This document shows, one piece after another, positions 1 to 12,841 of a DNA stretch of 64,000 bases. The stretch comes from the human T2T-CHM13v2.0 reference genome, Homo sapiens. The stretch is taken from NCBI RefSeq assembly GCF_009914755.1, contig NC_060929.1; one strand, given 5' to 3'. The notes beneath the pieces are model-generated. The model searched no databases. It had not been told where the DNA came from and saw only the letters and a list, made by a program, of their open reading frames with translations. How positions within the stretch are numbered: the first letter of the stretch is position 1; each line of letters starts with the position of its first letter. The position numbers and the translations under genes were made by a program.

Positions 1-420
1 AAGACATCACTCCATTTTGCTGTTGCCATGGTAATTATAAATCAATTATGTCTCTCCATTAAAGCAGTTACTCCATAGAACGTTCTCACAAAGGATTGTT
101 GAACTCGCCCTAGTTATTCCAGGGATGTGAAAGTAATCACATTTTTGTATATTCTATAATTCTGGCTACATTTATGATTGTCCTTCACCTATAATGGGAT
201 AAATAAGTGAGGTTATATTGCATCGTGGTTGTCATGCATTGCTATGACTACTCCAAACAAAGAAAACTGTGCTAGAAGCAACAGCAAGCGATTCTGGTTC
301 ACCTTAAGAAAGGACAGGAAAGGAGAACAGAGTGACTTTTATCATCCTTACATTATGCTGAATGTTTTACATATCTTACCTCATTTATTCTTCCCTATAA
401 TTTGAAGAATTTCTTGAGGT

Positions 421-595
421 CAATTTTCTCAAACACTGCTGTACATCAGAAACACCTGCAAGGTTTACAAAATCCCAACATCCAAAAAGCACCCCCAAAT
501 CATTAAATCACACTCTCTGGGGATTGGCCCGGGCATCAGTAATTTTTTAAGTCTCCCCAGATGATTGCAATATGCAGGCAAGTTTGAGAAGCAGG
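421..595. mobile_element. MER5-like hAT-Charlie MITE nested in a MIR
   Basis: Degenerate TIRs 'caattttctcaaac' and 'gtttgagaagcagg' with MER5-like interior 'tttaagtctccccagatgatt'; MIR-like sequence on both sides (~350-410 and 600-730). Confidence 0.7.
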
Positions 596-759
596 GCTTC
601 AGGACTCATTATCCTTATTTTACAATGATGCTGACATCCTAAGGGAAAAATGAACTTGCCTAAGGGCACCCAGCTGGTGAATGGTAAAACTGTGATTCAA
701 ACCTGGTCTGCCTTTCTCCAAAGGCCACGCATAATCTTTCTCATTGTGCCATTTTCTCC

Positions 760-1210
760 CCAGAAGTTTGTTGTTTGTGGCTTTCTCACTCATTTGGAAA
801 TTTGGTTGCAATCTTATGAACTTGAGTGAAAGGGAATTCTCTAGAAAGCTATCAAGAACTCCTGGATTCAATGAGCATCTTAAGAACAGGTCTTGGCGGG
901 GTGGGAGGGAAGCAGGCATAGTCTGGTCTATGCTTTCGAAAGTGCTTAGATGAAATGGAAAACCATTATGTCCAATCTCCTTGTTCCTCTGGTCAAGATT
1001 CCAGTTCCAGAAAGAAAGGATCCAATTGACCTGACTTGGATCATAAACTTAGCCTTTGACTAGGAGAGGCCAAGAGCCCTGATCAAAAATCTACCAGGCT
1101 GTATCCCATGGGTGCAGAAGATGACATCCCAATAATGAAAGAAAGGCTGCTGCTAGGAAGAAAGAGTGAATGGGTCTTAGGCAGCCAGAAAATAATGCAT
1201 GTCTACTACA
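760..1210 (-). mobile_element. Old MaLR (MLT1-like) LTR fragment
   Basis: Ends in 'tgtctactaca', the reverse complement of an MLT1 start; left boundary uncertain. Confidence 0.45.
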
Positions 1211-2099
1211 ATGGAGGGGACTGAGGGACTTATGACAATTTCACAGCCACATGATGATCCCAAAGTCAAACTCAGCAAAAATCCAAAGGTTCATCCAATC
1301 AAAATCACTAATACAGACAAGGATCATTCAGAAGAAATATGCCACCGGAGAAGTGGCCACTGAATGGCCTCAAAATCATTTGCGAAATGTTGTGAGGTCT
1401 GTGCATTTTTCTAAAGACAAGGTAAATGTCTTTTATCCGATTATTTAGACTCTTAAAAAACAGAAAAGGTAAGGTTGGGGCTCCTGGGAGGTCTTAGGGA
1501 AGAAAAGGAGAAGCTCGTAGTCAATGGTTCCTAAGAGAGCTTCAGGTCCCAGGAACTACCCGGGAAAGTGAACCCCCGTGACCTGGCTTGACACCACAAA
1601 GACAAGGCTGGTATAGTTTGCTGAATTTCAGCCAATAAAACAATGCTGTAAAAAAAAGGCACTGACAAAAAACAGACACAAGGTAAGAGCTAACATGTTT
1701 GCCCACGGCTGCACAGCAGCAAGGGACAGGATCTATCCGGTGAGGAAAGAAAATGTGAACCTCTGAGCAAAACGATTATAACTGGAGGAAGCCAGGGGAT
1801 CTCTAGGGTCAAAAGCCAACAGGGACAATTAAAACTCAGCTGTGGATGTGTCAAAATAGTGTACTGTCCCGGGCAGCTTACCTGGGACCCTGAGCTCCTT
1901 TCCAAAGGGCTAGTTCTCTATCCCATGAGGGTATCTTCCCAGATCTAGGCATCAGCAGACACTACCATGCAGAAACTTGAAAAATGAAGCCATTGTGAGT
2001 TATTAGCATTGCATGAGTCATTGTTCAGTGCATAAATTCATGGACAAATCAATATACAAACAAAAGAACACAAATTGTTAACTGTGGCTAATATAGGTA

Positions 2100-2480
2100 C
2101 CATTTTAAGTCCCTACTATGTGTCAGGGTCTGAGACAGAAGCGTTCCTCATCTTCACAATAACCCTACAAGACAGTTACTATAGTACCCATTTTACAGAT
2201 GAGGATCCTGAGACCCAAAGAGATGAAGGGACTTATCTACATTCACACAATGAGAAGTGATGGAATTTGAAACCAGGTTTGTCTGAGTGGAGTATCCAGG
2301 TGCTTGCCACAATGCTACACTACCTCACAATATCTGTAATTTAGTTAGAGCATTGAATGTGTGTTAGGCATTTTGCATTTACTATCCTTAGTTCTTACAA
2401 CAATCCTTGAGATAAGTATTATTGTCTTTATGTCTTTTTTTTATGAGAAAGACAAGTAATTTTTCAAAGGGCACATTTTG
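2100..2480 (-). mobile_element. MIR fragments
   Basis: MIR core 'cccattttacagatgaggatcctgagaccca'. Confidence 0.7.
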
Positions 2481-2488
2481 AACACAGA

Positions 2489-2791
<303 letters not shown>

Positions 2792-3028
2792 TGAATACAG
2801 ATTTTTGAATCCAGATCTCCTTGGCGCTAAGCTCCTGGTCTTTCCACCAAATCTGCTGCCTATCCAATTCAATTTGATTTTTGAAAATATGTTGATTTTG
2901 TCTTATTTTCACAAGCATTGTACTAAGCTTCTATAGAGAAATGCCAGCTCCTGTCCTCAAGGAACTTTTTGTCTACTTAAGAGATTAGATTATATGGTAC
3001 AGAAAAATGATGATCATAACTATATGGC

Positions 3029-3597
3029 TGTGGAGGTTTTAAAACACAGCTGCAACTTCTGAGACTTCTTACATGGAGAGATGGCCCCTACCCTTGCATG
3101 TGGGCAAGCTTGTACTGTTCAGAGCCACAGAGCAGAGCAGAAGGGGTACTATGTTGCTTTTAAGTCCATTCATAAAAAGCCATGCTACTTCTGAGTTGTT
3201 CTGAGTTGCTGCACACCTCTTCTCAGAGTGTGGAGCAACCATGTGAGAAGTTAGACTACTCAGAGGCCACCATGTTGTGAGGAAGCTCAAGCCACATAGA
3301 GGTCACATGTGTAGGCACCCTGCTCAACAGTCCCAGCTGAGCCCAGACTTCAAGTCATCCCAGCCTAGGTGCCAGACATGTGAGTGAACAGCCTGCTGGG
3401 GATTCTAGCACCCAGGTATTCAAGTCTCTCCTGGTCATTCCAGACTCTGCAGATGATGCCTCAGACTGTATGGAGCAGAAATAAGCCATCTCTACTGCAC
3501 TACGACGTAGAGAATCATTGAGCATGATAAAATGGTTGTCACTTTAGAACACTAAGTTTTGGGGTGGATTGTTAAGCAGCAAAATATAGCCATAATA
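3029..3597 (+). mobile_element. MaLR solo LTR (MLT1F/G-like)
   Basis: Starts 'tgtggaggttttaaaac' and ends 'aagttttggggtggattgttaagcagcaa...'; 5-bp TSD atggc on both sides. Confidence 0.8.
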
Positions 3598-4079
3598 ATG
3601 GCTTTTGGAGTGATTATTTAATGCCAGACACTGTCCTCTAAGCTTGACATGTATTACCTCATTTGATCTTCCTAGTAAGCCAGGGAAGCAGGTTACTATT
3701 AAAGACCATGCCTAAGATTACTTAGCTACTAATGGCATTCAAAACCAGGTCACACTAACTCCAGCATCAAAGCATCAATAATCTAAACTGCTGTACTATA
3801 GAGGAAGCAAAATTATGTCTCTGAATAAAACCTACAAAGCCCCAAGCCAATCAGTTTTAAGAAACACCGACTGCTATTTTTTTAAACTAAACATCTTTTT
3901 TTTTCTTAATTTCAGAAGGCTTACTGTGGAGCTGAGCTAATTATTTGAGCCTTAATCAAGGACCAGCCACTTCCCGAAGCAGCTGTCCTGGCCTCTCTCT
4001 TGCCTCTAGAAAGTCTCTTGAATTGGATATTGGCTCAGGTCTAAACCCCAAATCCCAGCCCCCAGAAGTGAGGATGCAT

Positions 4080-4250
4080 AGGGCTGAAAGGATCCTTGGA
4101 GATCATCCAGTCTACTTCCCTCATCCCCTTTAAAGATCAGGAAACTGAGGCCCAGGGAGGTCAAATGACTTGTCCAAGGTCACATGGTGTGTCAGAGGTA
4201 CGGCCAGGTCGCCAAATTCCCAGGCAAGCATTCTTTCCACTACACCATGC
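4080..4250 (-). mobile_element. MIR
   Basis: 'aggaaactgaggcccagggaggtcaaatgacttgtccaaggtcaca'. Confidence 0.75.
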
Positions 4251-7200
4251 TGCAGTTGCTAAAAATTCCCCAGAGCCGCCTCCCTCGGCCCTCCTCTCGA
4301 CAAAGCTATTTTCCCCCCACACAACTACACACAGTCACATTTGGCAAGAGGTGCTATCAGCCCTGCTCTGCTCGTGAAATGCTGTTTTGCAATGGGGCCT
4401 CTTTGTTCGTTAGCAACACAGACAAAGAAAACTGTAGTGCAGTCTTCTTGGAAGAAGATGTTTCTTGTTTTAAAGACGGGAAGAGAGCTTCCTGACTGAA
4501 TATGGCTTGAATCAGCATGCAGCTCCAGTCAGGAAAGAACCCAGAGGAGACTTAGGTCTTTGCAAAATTTCTAGAATGTACAAGGAGGGCACACGGCAGG
4601 GGGAAGCTTATGGGAAATGTTTCAGAAAGTACTAAAATGTATGCCTAAACAGAGTAAACAGAGCAGATTGGTTACCATCTTGTGCTATGAAGCAATTAGA
4701 AGGGGAGGGGTGTTGGTAGGGAACTAGAGTCATTAAAAGCTCCCATGAAGCAACTGGCCTTCCCATTTTTGGATTCCTGCTCCAGTCCTGGTTCCCAGTG
4801 TTCCTTCCCTTGCCGTTTTCTTCAGCTGGGATCTTCCCTCTCTAGACTCGAAATAAGCTGCAGGCTTGGTGCTGAGAGCCCTCAGGATATGATCTGCCAT
4901 CCCGAGTCACCCATCTGGTGCCTCTCCCCTCTGCTTCCACATGATTCCCTATTTTTTTTTGTACTAGATGTGGTCCCTCTTCTGTCTCCCTAGCTTCCCA
5001 GATTGGCAGAGGCTTCCCATGGCTCTGCATGATCTTTGCACAGGATGAGGCAGAAATGAAGGCACCTTTTCATAAGGGCAGACCACACCAGGAAGCTGAG
5101 GTCCTCTCTGGTGACCTTTCTAATGCATTTCCCTTTGGAGATGGGTTGAGATCAGTGGGGAGGGAGTAGACCAGATGATCTCCAGTGATACCTCAAAAGC
5201 CTGAAAATCTCTTGGCTAGGGAAGCCAACAAGAGGGGGAGGAACAGAACCAAGTTCTGTGGCACAAATTCAGAACTTGTACGCTGGCAGCAGATGGAAAG
5301 GGAGGTGCCAGCTTCTAGCAGGAGGGGATGTGGTGGACGCGTTTCTCAGGGCGGTTGCAAGCCACAAGTCTTGCATTCCAAAGGACCTGGTGAATGCTGC
5401 CTGAGAACCTGCCTCTGACACAGCCACAGCATAGGTCTCCAGGCACCAGGTGAGATCTCCAAAAAGAAACTCCACTGGCCAAGTGAAGGTTCTTAGACCC
5501 TTTCTCCCAGAGCAGGGTCTTCCCCATCGCCTACCCCATGCTTAGGCAAACTTGCCCAAAGTACAAATTTTATTCCAAATCCCCCTCCCTCATTTTCCCC
5601 TAGGAAAATTCCTCCTGCTGAGTTAAACCTAAGAGAGAAAAATAAAGATATTACCACTCAGGGAAACAATGTCCTAGGGGTCCCTTGCAGCCGAGGAGGG
5701 GAAGGGAAGCTGGCCCCCTAAAGAAGGCCCTGTATCTCCTCATGGCCTCAAATGCTGCTGTGCTGTGTGTCAGTGTTTATGAAATGCTTCTCAAATAAGG
5801 TCAGTGTTCTACACAGAGTTAGAACTCTAATAAAATGCAGAACTTGTGCTGTTTGCCAGCTAGCTGCAGAGGCATACTTGAATGCTTTCTCAGATACAAT
5901 TGTTCTCAGATTAATATTTCCCCCTTGAGTTTTTTTTTTAATTCCACTTGTACTATTTTTTTATGATGTGGGAGGCTTTCTACATATTTGTACCCACTAA
6001 AAGGGATGAGGGGGCTTGCTTTCATCAATGATTCCTGAGGGTTTGGTGCTACATCCTTCATGGTTCTAGCATTTCTCCCAACCCATAAATCTCCCTGCTC
6101 TGAACCTAGCATGGTAGCCTTTGCCTTGTCAGTCATTTAGAGGGAGAGACAGTCCAGACTAACTTTGAAGTTAGTTTGAACTGTTCTAGTTACCAGAACA
6201 TTTCACTTGCTTTATTCATTGTGGTAGACACTCAATAAATGGCCCCTTTAAATGACTCCATCCTTCATGGATTCCCTTATTTGGTCCTACTGTCTTGGAC
6301 ACTGTCACTTATTAATTACCCAGTCCTCTAAACTCCACCTGGTTAAGCTGCTGACATGGCTGGTATGAGGTTATATTTTAATTTGTAAAAGATGCATCTT
6401 GTTAAATGAAAAGGAAACTGGAACAAGAGTTTGAAGACATGGGTGACTCTGAGCAAGGCTTTGGAGCTCCCTGAGTTTCTTCATCTGTAAATGAAAGCTT
6501 CTAAAATATACCTTGATCGTCTTCCAGATACAGGATTTAGTGGTTCAATTCAGATATTGTGGGTGGACTCATTAAGGTATTCGCATAGCACTAAATTTAG
6601 AAGGCATTTGGAGACATCTGATCTCATTTAAACCTTGCATCAGCCCCCTGAGATGAGTGTTATTTCTCCCATTCCAAAGGTTATAGATGAGACTATGGAG
6701 ACCGCAAAGGTACTCAGACAGGTCGGGCAGTTAGAAAGTGACAGAAGCCAGGATTCAGCCTAGGTCTTTCTACTCATTTCGGCTTACATCCAAATTGTAC
6801 TCCCCCTTGGCTTCTCACTAATTCCACTTAGAATCCCCATACTCAGAACACTTTCTACCTACATTCTAGAGCTGGAGAGAGAAGAAGAGGAGAGAAAGAA
6901 TGTCAGCAAAGTACTAGATAGTCCAGAAATTTCTGCAACACATTATTGAACAGGACAGCTCTCCAATGAGATCATCACTGCTGCGCTTTTTAATTACAAA
7001 ATGATCTGTCCTATTTGGGATACAGGGAGTTCAGGAGTATGTCTAAGTAATTCATCATTTATAGAGTCCAGCCCTGGGGCACTTTTACATGCTACCCTGG
7101 ACATGATAAAAGATTTCAGATGGCCATAAAGACGAAGTCTGAGGTTGTTTCCAGGGCAGAACTCTGAGTTCTTGCAAGTCTGCAGTCTCCAGTGAAGGTC

Positions 7201-7444
7201 CAGGCCATGAAATCCAATTTCAGGACCTGGGGTTCTGATGGTGACAGTCCAAATTCAATACTAAGGCTATGGAGAATACATAGAGGGCAGTAGAGGGCAA
7301 GAAGCCAAGCTAGAAGGATTAAGGCAGGAGCCAGGAGTAGCTAAAGCTCAGGGAGAGATGCAAACATGCACAATTCTATGGTCAAGTCATAAAACTCCGA
7401 TTAGAAGAGGATCATGGACTCCACAGCATGCAGACATACCTGAG

Positions 7445-8483
7445 TTAGGGCATTCACTAGGGCACACACTAGGGCATATGCTAGGGCACATACTAGGGCA
7501 TATGCTAGAACATACACCAGGGCATACGCTAAGGCACACACTAGGGAATATGCTAGGGCACACACTAGGGCATACACTAGGGCACACACTAGGGAATATG
7601 CTAGAACGTACATTAGGGCATACGCCAGGGCACACACTAGGACATATGCTAGAACGTACACTAGGGCATACGCCAGGGCACACACTCGGGGATGCACTAG
7701 GGCATACGCCAGGGCACACACTAGGAAATATGCTAGGGCACATGCTAGGGCATATGCTAGGGTGTGCACTAGGACATATGCTAGGGCACACGCTAGGGTG
7801 CGCACTAGGGCACATGCTAGGGCACATGCTGGGACACATATTAGGGCATATGCTAGGGCACACGCTAGGGCGCGCACCAGGGCACATGCTAAGGCACACG
7901 CTAGGGCATACACTGGGGCATATGCTAGGGCATGCACTAGTACATGTGCTAGGGCACACGCTAGGGCATATACTAGGGCACACACTAGGGCATACACTGG
8001 GGCACACACTAGGTTGCGCACTAGGGCACATGCTAGGGCACACGCTAGGACATACACTGGGGTACATACTAGGGCACGCACTAGTGCATGCGCTAGGGCA
8101 TATACTAGGGCGCATACTAGGGCATACGCTAGGGCACACACTAGGGTGCGCACTAGGGCACATGCTAGGACATACACTAGGGCATATACTAGGGCACGTG
8201 CGGGGCATATGCTAGGGCAAATGCTAGGGCACGCACTAGGGCATACGCTAGGGCACATGCTGGGGCACGCACTAGGGCACGCACTAGGGCATATGCTAGG
8301 GCACACGCTAAGGCACACACTAGGGCATACACTGGGGCACATGCTATGGCAACCACTAGGGCACACGCTAGGGCATACACTGGGGCACATGCTATGGCAC
8401 CCACTAGGGCACACGCTAGGGCACATGCTAGGGCATACGCTAGGGTGTACACTAGGGAATACACTAGGGCACGTGCTAGGGCA
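7445..8483. repeat. 12-bp minisatellite/VNTR, consensus CTAGGGCAYAYR, 86 full units plus a partial unit
   Basis: Phase is kept for 63 units (7445-8200), then one 11-nt unit (8201-8211), then 22 units and a partial. It produces the LGHT/LGHM, CPSV and ALVC repeat ORFs. Confidence 0.98.
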
Positions 8484-10109
8484 AAGAATGGATATGACTG
8501 GTAACAGACAGGAGCTAGAGAGGTAGAAAAACCCAAGAGGTAGACAAGGTGGGTGGTTAAGTGTGCTGGCAGACTTTCAGGAGCCACAGGATACACTGCT
8601 GCCAAAGTGCAGAATGAATCAGGGGTCAGGAACCAGATTGGCAGTTAGGACAAGAGAAGAGGAGTCTGAGCCCACACAAGCAGTGATATGGCCGTGATAA
8701 GTGCAGTCACACTCGACTCCAGCCAGGATACATCTTATGTACATCCTGTTGGAACAAGACCTGATGCCAGGGTGGGAGGAGCCCAGAGATCCCGGCTAAG
8801 AGAAAGCAAGTGGTGCATCTAACTGCAAAGGAAGATGACTCCTGCCGACATTTGAGTAGATGCTTGAGGCGGAAAATATTATTCAGCAAGGTTCATCAGA
8901 ACTACTCTTGCAGGGTGTATCCCCTCAAACCAGAAATTTAAAAAACAGTTAGTGGACACATACCATGGAGATATTTTCCTAAGATTTGGATTCTGTTCTA
9001 AACATCCCCATGAGATAAAACTTCCCAAAGTGCAGCTCCCATCATTTTAAGTTGGGCTCAGGAGCATCTAATCATGAATTTCTGTGACTGTACCACGTTC
9101 CCATTTCTACGCACAGGGATCCCATTAGTCTTCACGCTCCAATACAAAGGCCACCTATTTCCCCAAATTGGACATGATGGCTCTGTTTCACCAGGTGTCC
9201 AGATCACATCATTGACATTCTTCTTGATGCTTTGCCTCGAACAGGGGCTCTTTGATTTAAGTTGAACTCATCATGTTTGTCTTCTTCTAGTTGTTACTTG
9301 AGAATAGAGTTTAGAAGACAGAAAAGGAGGCTGACTTGAAAGATTCTGGAAGGGATGACATGACTGGGAGTTGGAGTGCAGCCTCTGAGACCAGCCTGGC
9401 TGGATGAACCCTGCCTCTCCTGTTCCTTACTGGGGATGTTATTTCACCTCTCTGACGTAGTTGCCACATCTATAAAATGCAGACAGTCCTGCCTACTTCA
9501 CATAACTCTTCAAATAGGAAATGACTCCACGCATGTAAAGTGTAAGAGCAGTGCCAGGCACAAAGAAAGGCTCAATAAATGCCAGCTATTGTTGTGGTGA
9601 TGGTTGTTGTTGTCGTTTACAGAGGCTTGGGGACCCTGTAGGCCCTGGTCCCCTATGCTTCATTCTTCATCATGTCTGTTCCCAGAACTACTCCAGAAAA
9701 TGTGCCCGATGCCAATGTGTACCCAAGATGCTAAGGGAAATCACTGTGTTTAAAAACCTGAAGCTACCTGAGCTCTGCTACTGGCAGAAAGGCTCAATCC
9801 CTCAGGCTGAACTTTTTACCAGGAGAGAATAACACACATATACATACACATTCAACATACACACACATACATGCGTCATATCCTGTGTTGGTGAGACTTG
9901 TGGTACTAGCCTAATAGGACAAAAATGAAGCTAAAGTCATTATGGAAAGTTCCATGAGAAACCAAGAGTATAGAGAAAATTTAGCAAGCTGAAGAATTAA
10001 GCATTAATAGGAAATTATTCCAGAGAAAATATGAACCAACAGAACCCCAGGGAAAGAAGATGCTACAAGCCAAGAAGACCTCAACATTTTTTTCCATCCC
10101 AGCCGGAAA

Positions 10110-11032
10110 GAACGGGGCAATATATTTATGTAATCCACATGCCAGATTGTAGAAAGATTTTGAAAAAAATGCACAGAGAACTCTGCTGATTATATTGACA
10201 ACTTGGATAAAGATCCATAGGGCAAGCTCATTAAAATTGCAGAGGAAATAAATAGTGGGAGATGGGGAAAGGAGTAGTTAATTGCTAGATGAGGAAATCG
10301 AAATAGAAAATGCTCCTGAAAAGCTGATGAAATGAAATGATTTGCCAAAAGTTAATTAGGATAAATGCAAAGTGTTGCACTTAGACTCCAAAAAGTCAAC
10401 TGCACAAGTCTAGAAGAGGGGACAACAAGCTAACAGCAGGGAAGACTGGGGAGATATGGGGATGTCAGGCAGCTTGGTCAAAATGAGCCTACCCAGGGCT
10501 GTGGCTGTCCAAAGTGAAAAGGTTCTTTTGAATGCGCTGGCTGATAGAAGTCAAATAAAACAGTGAAGGCATGGAAGGTCTCCTTCTAACTAATACAGTC
10601 CAAGAAGATTGGAACCTATTTAGAGGAAGAGAACTATGGATGGAGTACGAGGCCTATGCCCAAACTGTACCACATACAGAATAGTTGAGGCAATTAAGGA
10701 GACTCCGGTAAATGGGTGGTGAGAAACACCACAGCAATAAGACTTTTGAAAACCTGTCATTTGGAAAAAAGATTATACATGCTCTGGGTAACAACAATCA
10801 ATGAGAGATAAGTCCAATCCCCACACAAAGAACATTTTCTTATTAGGATTGTGGTTTTTTTAATGGAATAAATTGCTTTAGGAAGAACTGAGCTCCTCAT
10901 CACTAGATATCATCAAGCAAAGGAGGCTAACTGACCACCTTCCCCTAAATCATGCTGATGGAAGACCAACCTTCGTGTGGTTGGAACTTGGACAAATGGA
11001 CCTCTTCCAACGCTGACGATCTGTATTTTTCT
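10110..11032 (+). mobile_element. Ancient CR1/L3 LINE 3' fragment
   Basis: 'ggataaatgcaaagtgttgcacttagactccaaaaagtcaactgcacaagt' and the 3' end 'ttggacaaatggacctcttccaacgctgacgatctgt' resemble the L3 consensus. Confidence 0.72.
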
Positions 11033-11099
11033 TAATGAAGCTTCATCCTGATCATGCTCTGATAGGAGGTCTACACTCAGTAAGACTTTTGACCATAAT

Positions 11100-11290
11100 A
11101 ACAATAGGAATATTGATGGAGGGTGCCCTTGGTTCCAGGCAGCCTATGTGGATTAATACAGCATCCTTTGAAGGGAGTATTATTATTATTCCCATTTTGC
11201 AAATGGGAAAACTGAGGCCCATCCAGCTAGTAGGTGACAGAACCGGGCTTTGGGCCCCAGAGTCTGGCTCTAGTGCCACATTTTCCTATC
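11100..11290 (-). mobile_element. MIR
   Basis: 'attattcccattttgcaaatgggaaaactgaggccc'. Confidence 0.7.
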
Positions 11291-12238
11291 TTCTCTGTCC
11301 ACGCAGTACAGAAGGCTCTAATCATGCACGCTTTGGCCAATTTTTTTCCAGGGTTTCACTGTATCAAACATGGTACTGACAACACAACTATGAAGACCAC
11401 AGTGAGTGGGGAAGAAAGGTTAGCCTCTTGACAGGCCAGCAGTCACAGTAGTTACAGATCACCGTCCAGGCCTGCAGAGCAGAGAGGTAGAGGATTCCCA
11501 ACATGAGCATCCAACCTTGGCAAGGCTGATTTGAATTCAAGGATGGAGAACAATGAAGAACGGAGAGCACGGGGAGCTCAGCACAGTGCCAGGGCACCCT
11601 CTACAGCCATCTAGCTTGGGATCAGCAGTGGTCCAGATGAGCTCTCTGGGAATGCCTCCACCCCTTGTTTTTCCTTTCTTTTCAGCAGTCCTAAAAAGGG
11701 TTAAGACCACCTTACATAATGAGGGTGGAGCCTGCTAGGAAATACAGCTGTTTCAAGTAAACGCAGTAATAGAGGCAGACATGGGAAGTCAGTAAAAGGA
11801 GGTATTTAAGGAAAAATAGAAGGAATGAGCATTGAAAAAAAAAAAAAAGTCAGGGCCAAAAATTCCCCATGAAAACCCACCCCCCAAAAATAAATAAATA
11901 AAATGCATTCCTTATTTAAATATACCACAAAGCAACACACCCATGGAAAAGATATAAACCACTTTCACCACAATTCCCTTTTTATGGAACAGAAGCCAAC
12001 CTGGGCTCTGCTGTGGGGGGCAGGACCAAGAGCAGAGAGAGAAAAGGAGGGGCCTAGCCAAGAGGGTATTGGGCATAGCCCACAGGCAGGCAAGGAAGTC
12101 GCTTCCACAGGGCTCTGGGTTGGAGCAAGTTTAGGATGGGCGTCTCAAACCTTCCAGCTGGATAGGGCCTGAGATGAAGATATAAAGGTAATAGCCATGG
12201 CCACTAACATGAATAGTTCAGGGAGGGCTCCTATGGTG

Positions 12239-12841
12239 GGGTCATGCATCACTTAATGATGGGGATACGTTCTAAGAAACTCACCATTAGGCGATTTCGT
12301 CATTGTGCAAACCTCATAGAGTGCACTCACACGAGCCCAGATGGTCTAGCCTACTATACGTCTAGGCTAGATGTGATAGCCTATTGCTCCTAAGCTCCAA
12401 ACCTGCATAGCATGTTCCTCTACAGAATACCGTAAGCCACTGTGACACAATCATAAGTATGTGTGTTTCTCAACATACCTATACATAGAAAAGGTACCAT
12501 CAAAGTATGGTATGAAAGATAAAAAATGGTACATCTGCACAGGGCATTTACCAGGAATAAAGCTTACAGGACTGGAAGTTGCTCTGGGTGAGTCAGTGAG
12601 TGAGTGCTGAGTGAATGTGAAGGCCTAGGACATTACTGTACACTACTGTAGACTTTGTCAACACTATACCCTTAGGCTGTACTAAATTTATTAAAAATAA
12701 AGTGATGGCACTATGACATTACAAAAGCTACGATGTCACTAGGCGATAGGAATTCTTCAGCTCCATTTTAACCTTATGAGACCACCGTCCTCTATGTTGT
12801 CCACTGTTGACCAGAATGTCATTTTAGGTAACACATGACTG
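12239..12841 (+). mobile_element. Tigger3 (Golem/MER7)-type non-autonomous DNA transposon, ~600 bp
   Basis: Starts 'gtcatgcatcacttaatgatggggatacgttctaagaaa...ttaggcgatttcgtcattgtgc' and ends 'cacatgactg' followed by TA. Confidence 0.85.

Noticed and set aside
7445-8483. Constant-repeat plus variable-spacer pattern resembling a CRISPR array
   Set aside because: Repeat and spacer are only 6 nt each, spacers are mutational variants of one another, there are no cas genes, and the context is eukaryotic.
7445-8483. p53 response-element array
   Set aside because: CATG and CTAG cores are present but the flanks do not fit RRRCWWGYYY in tandem.
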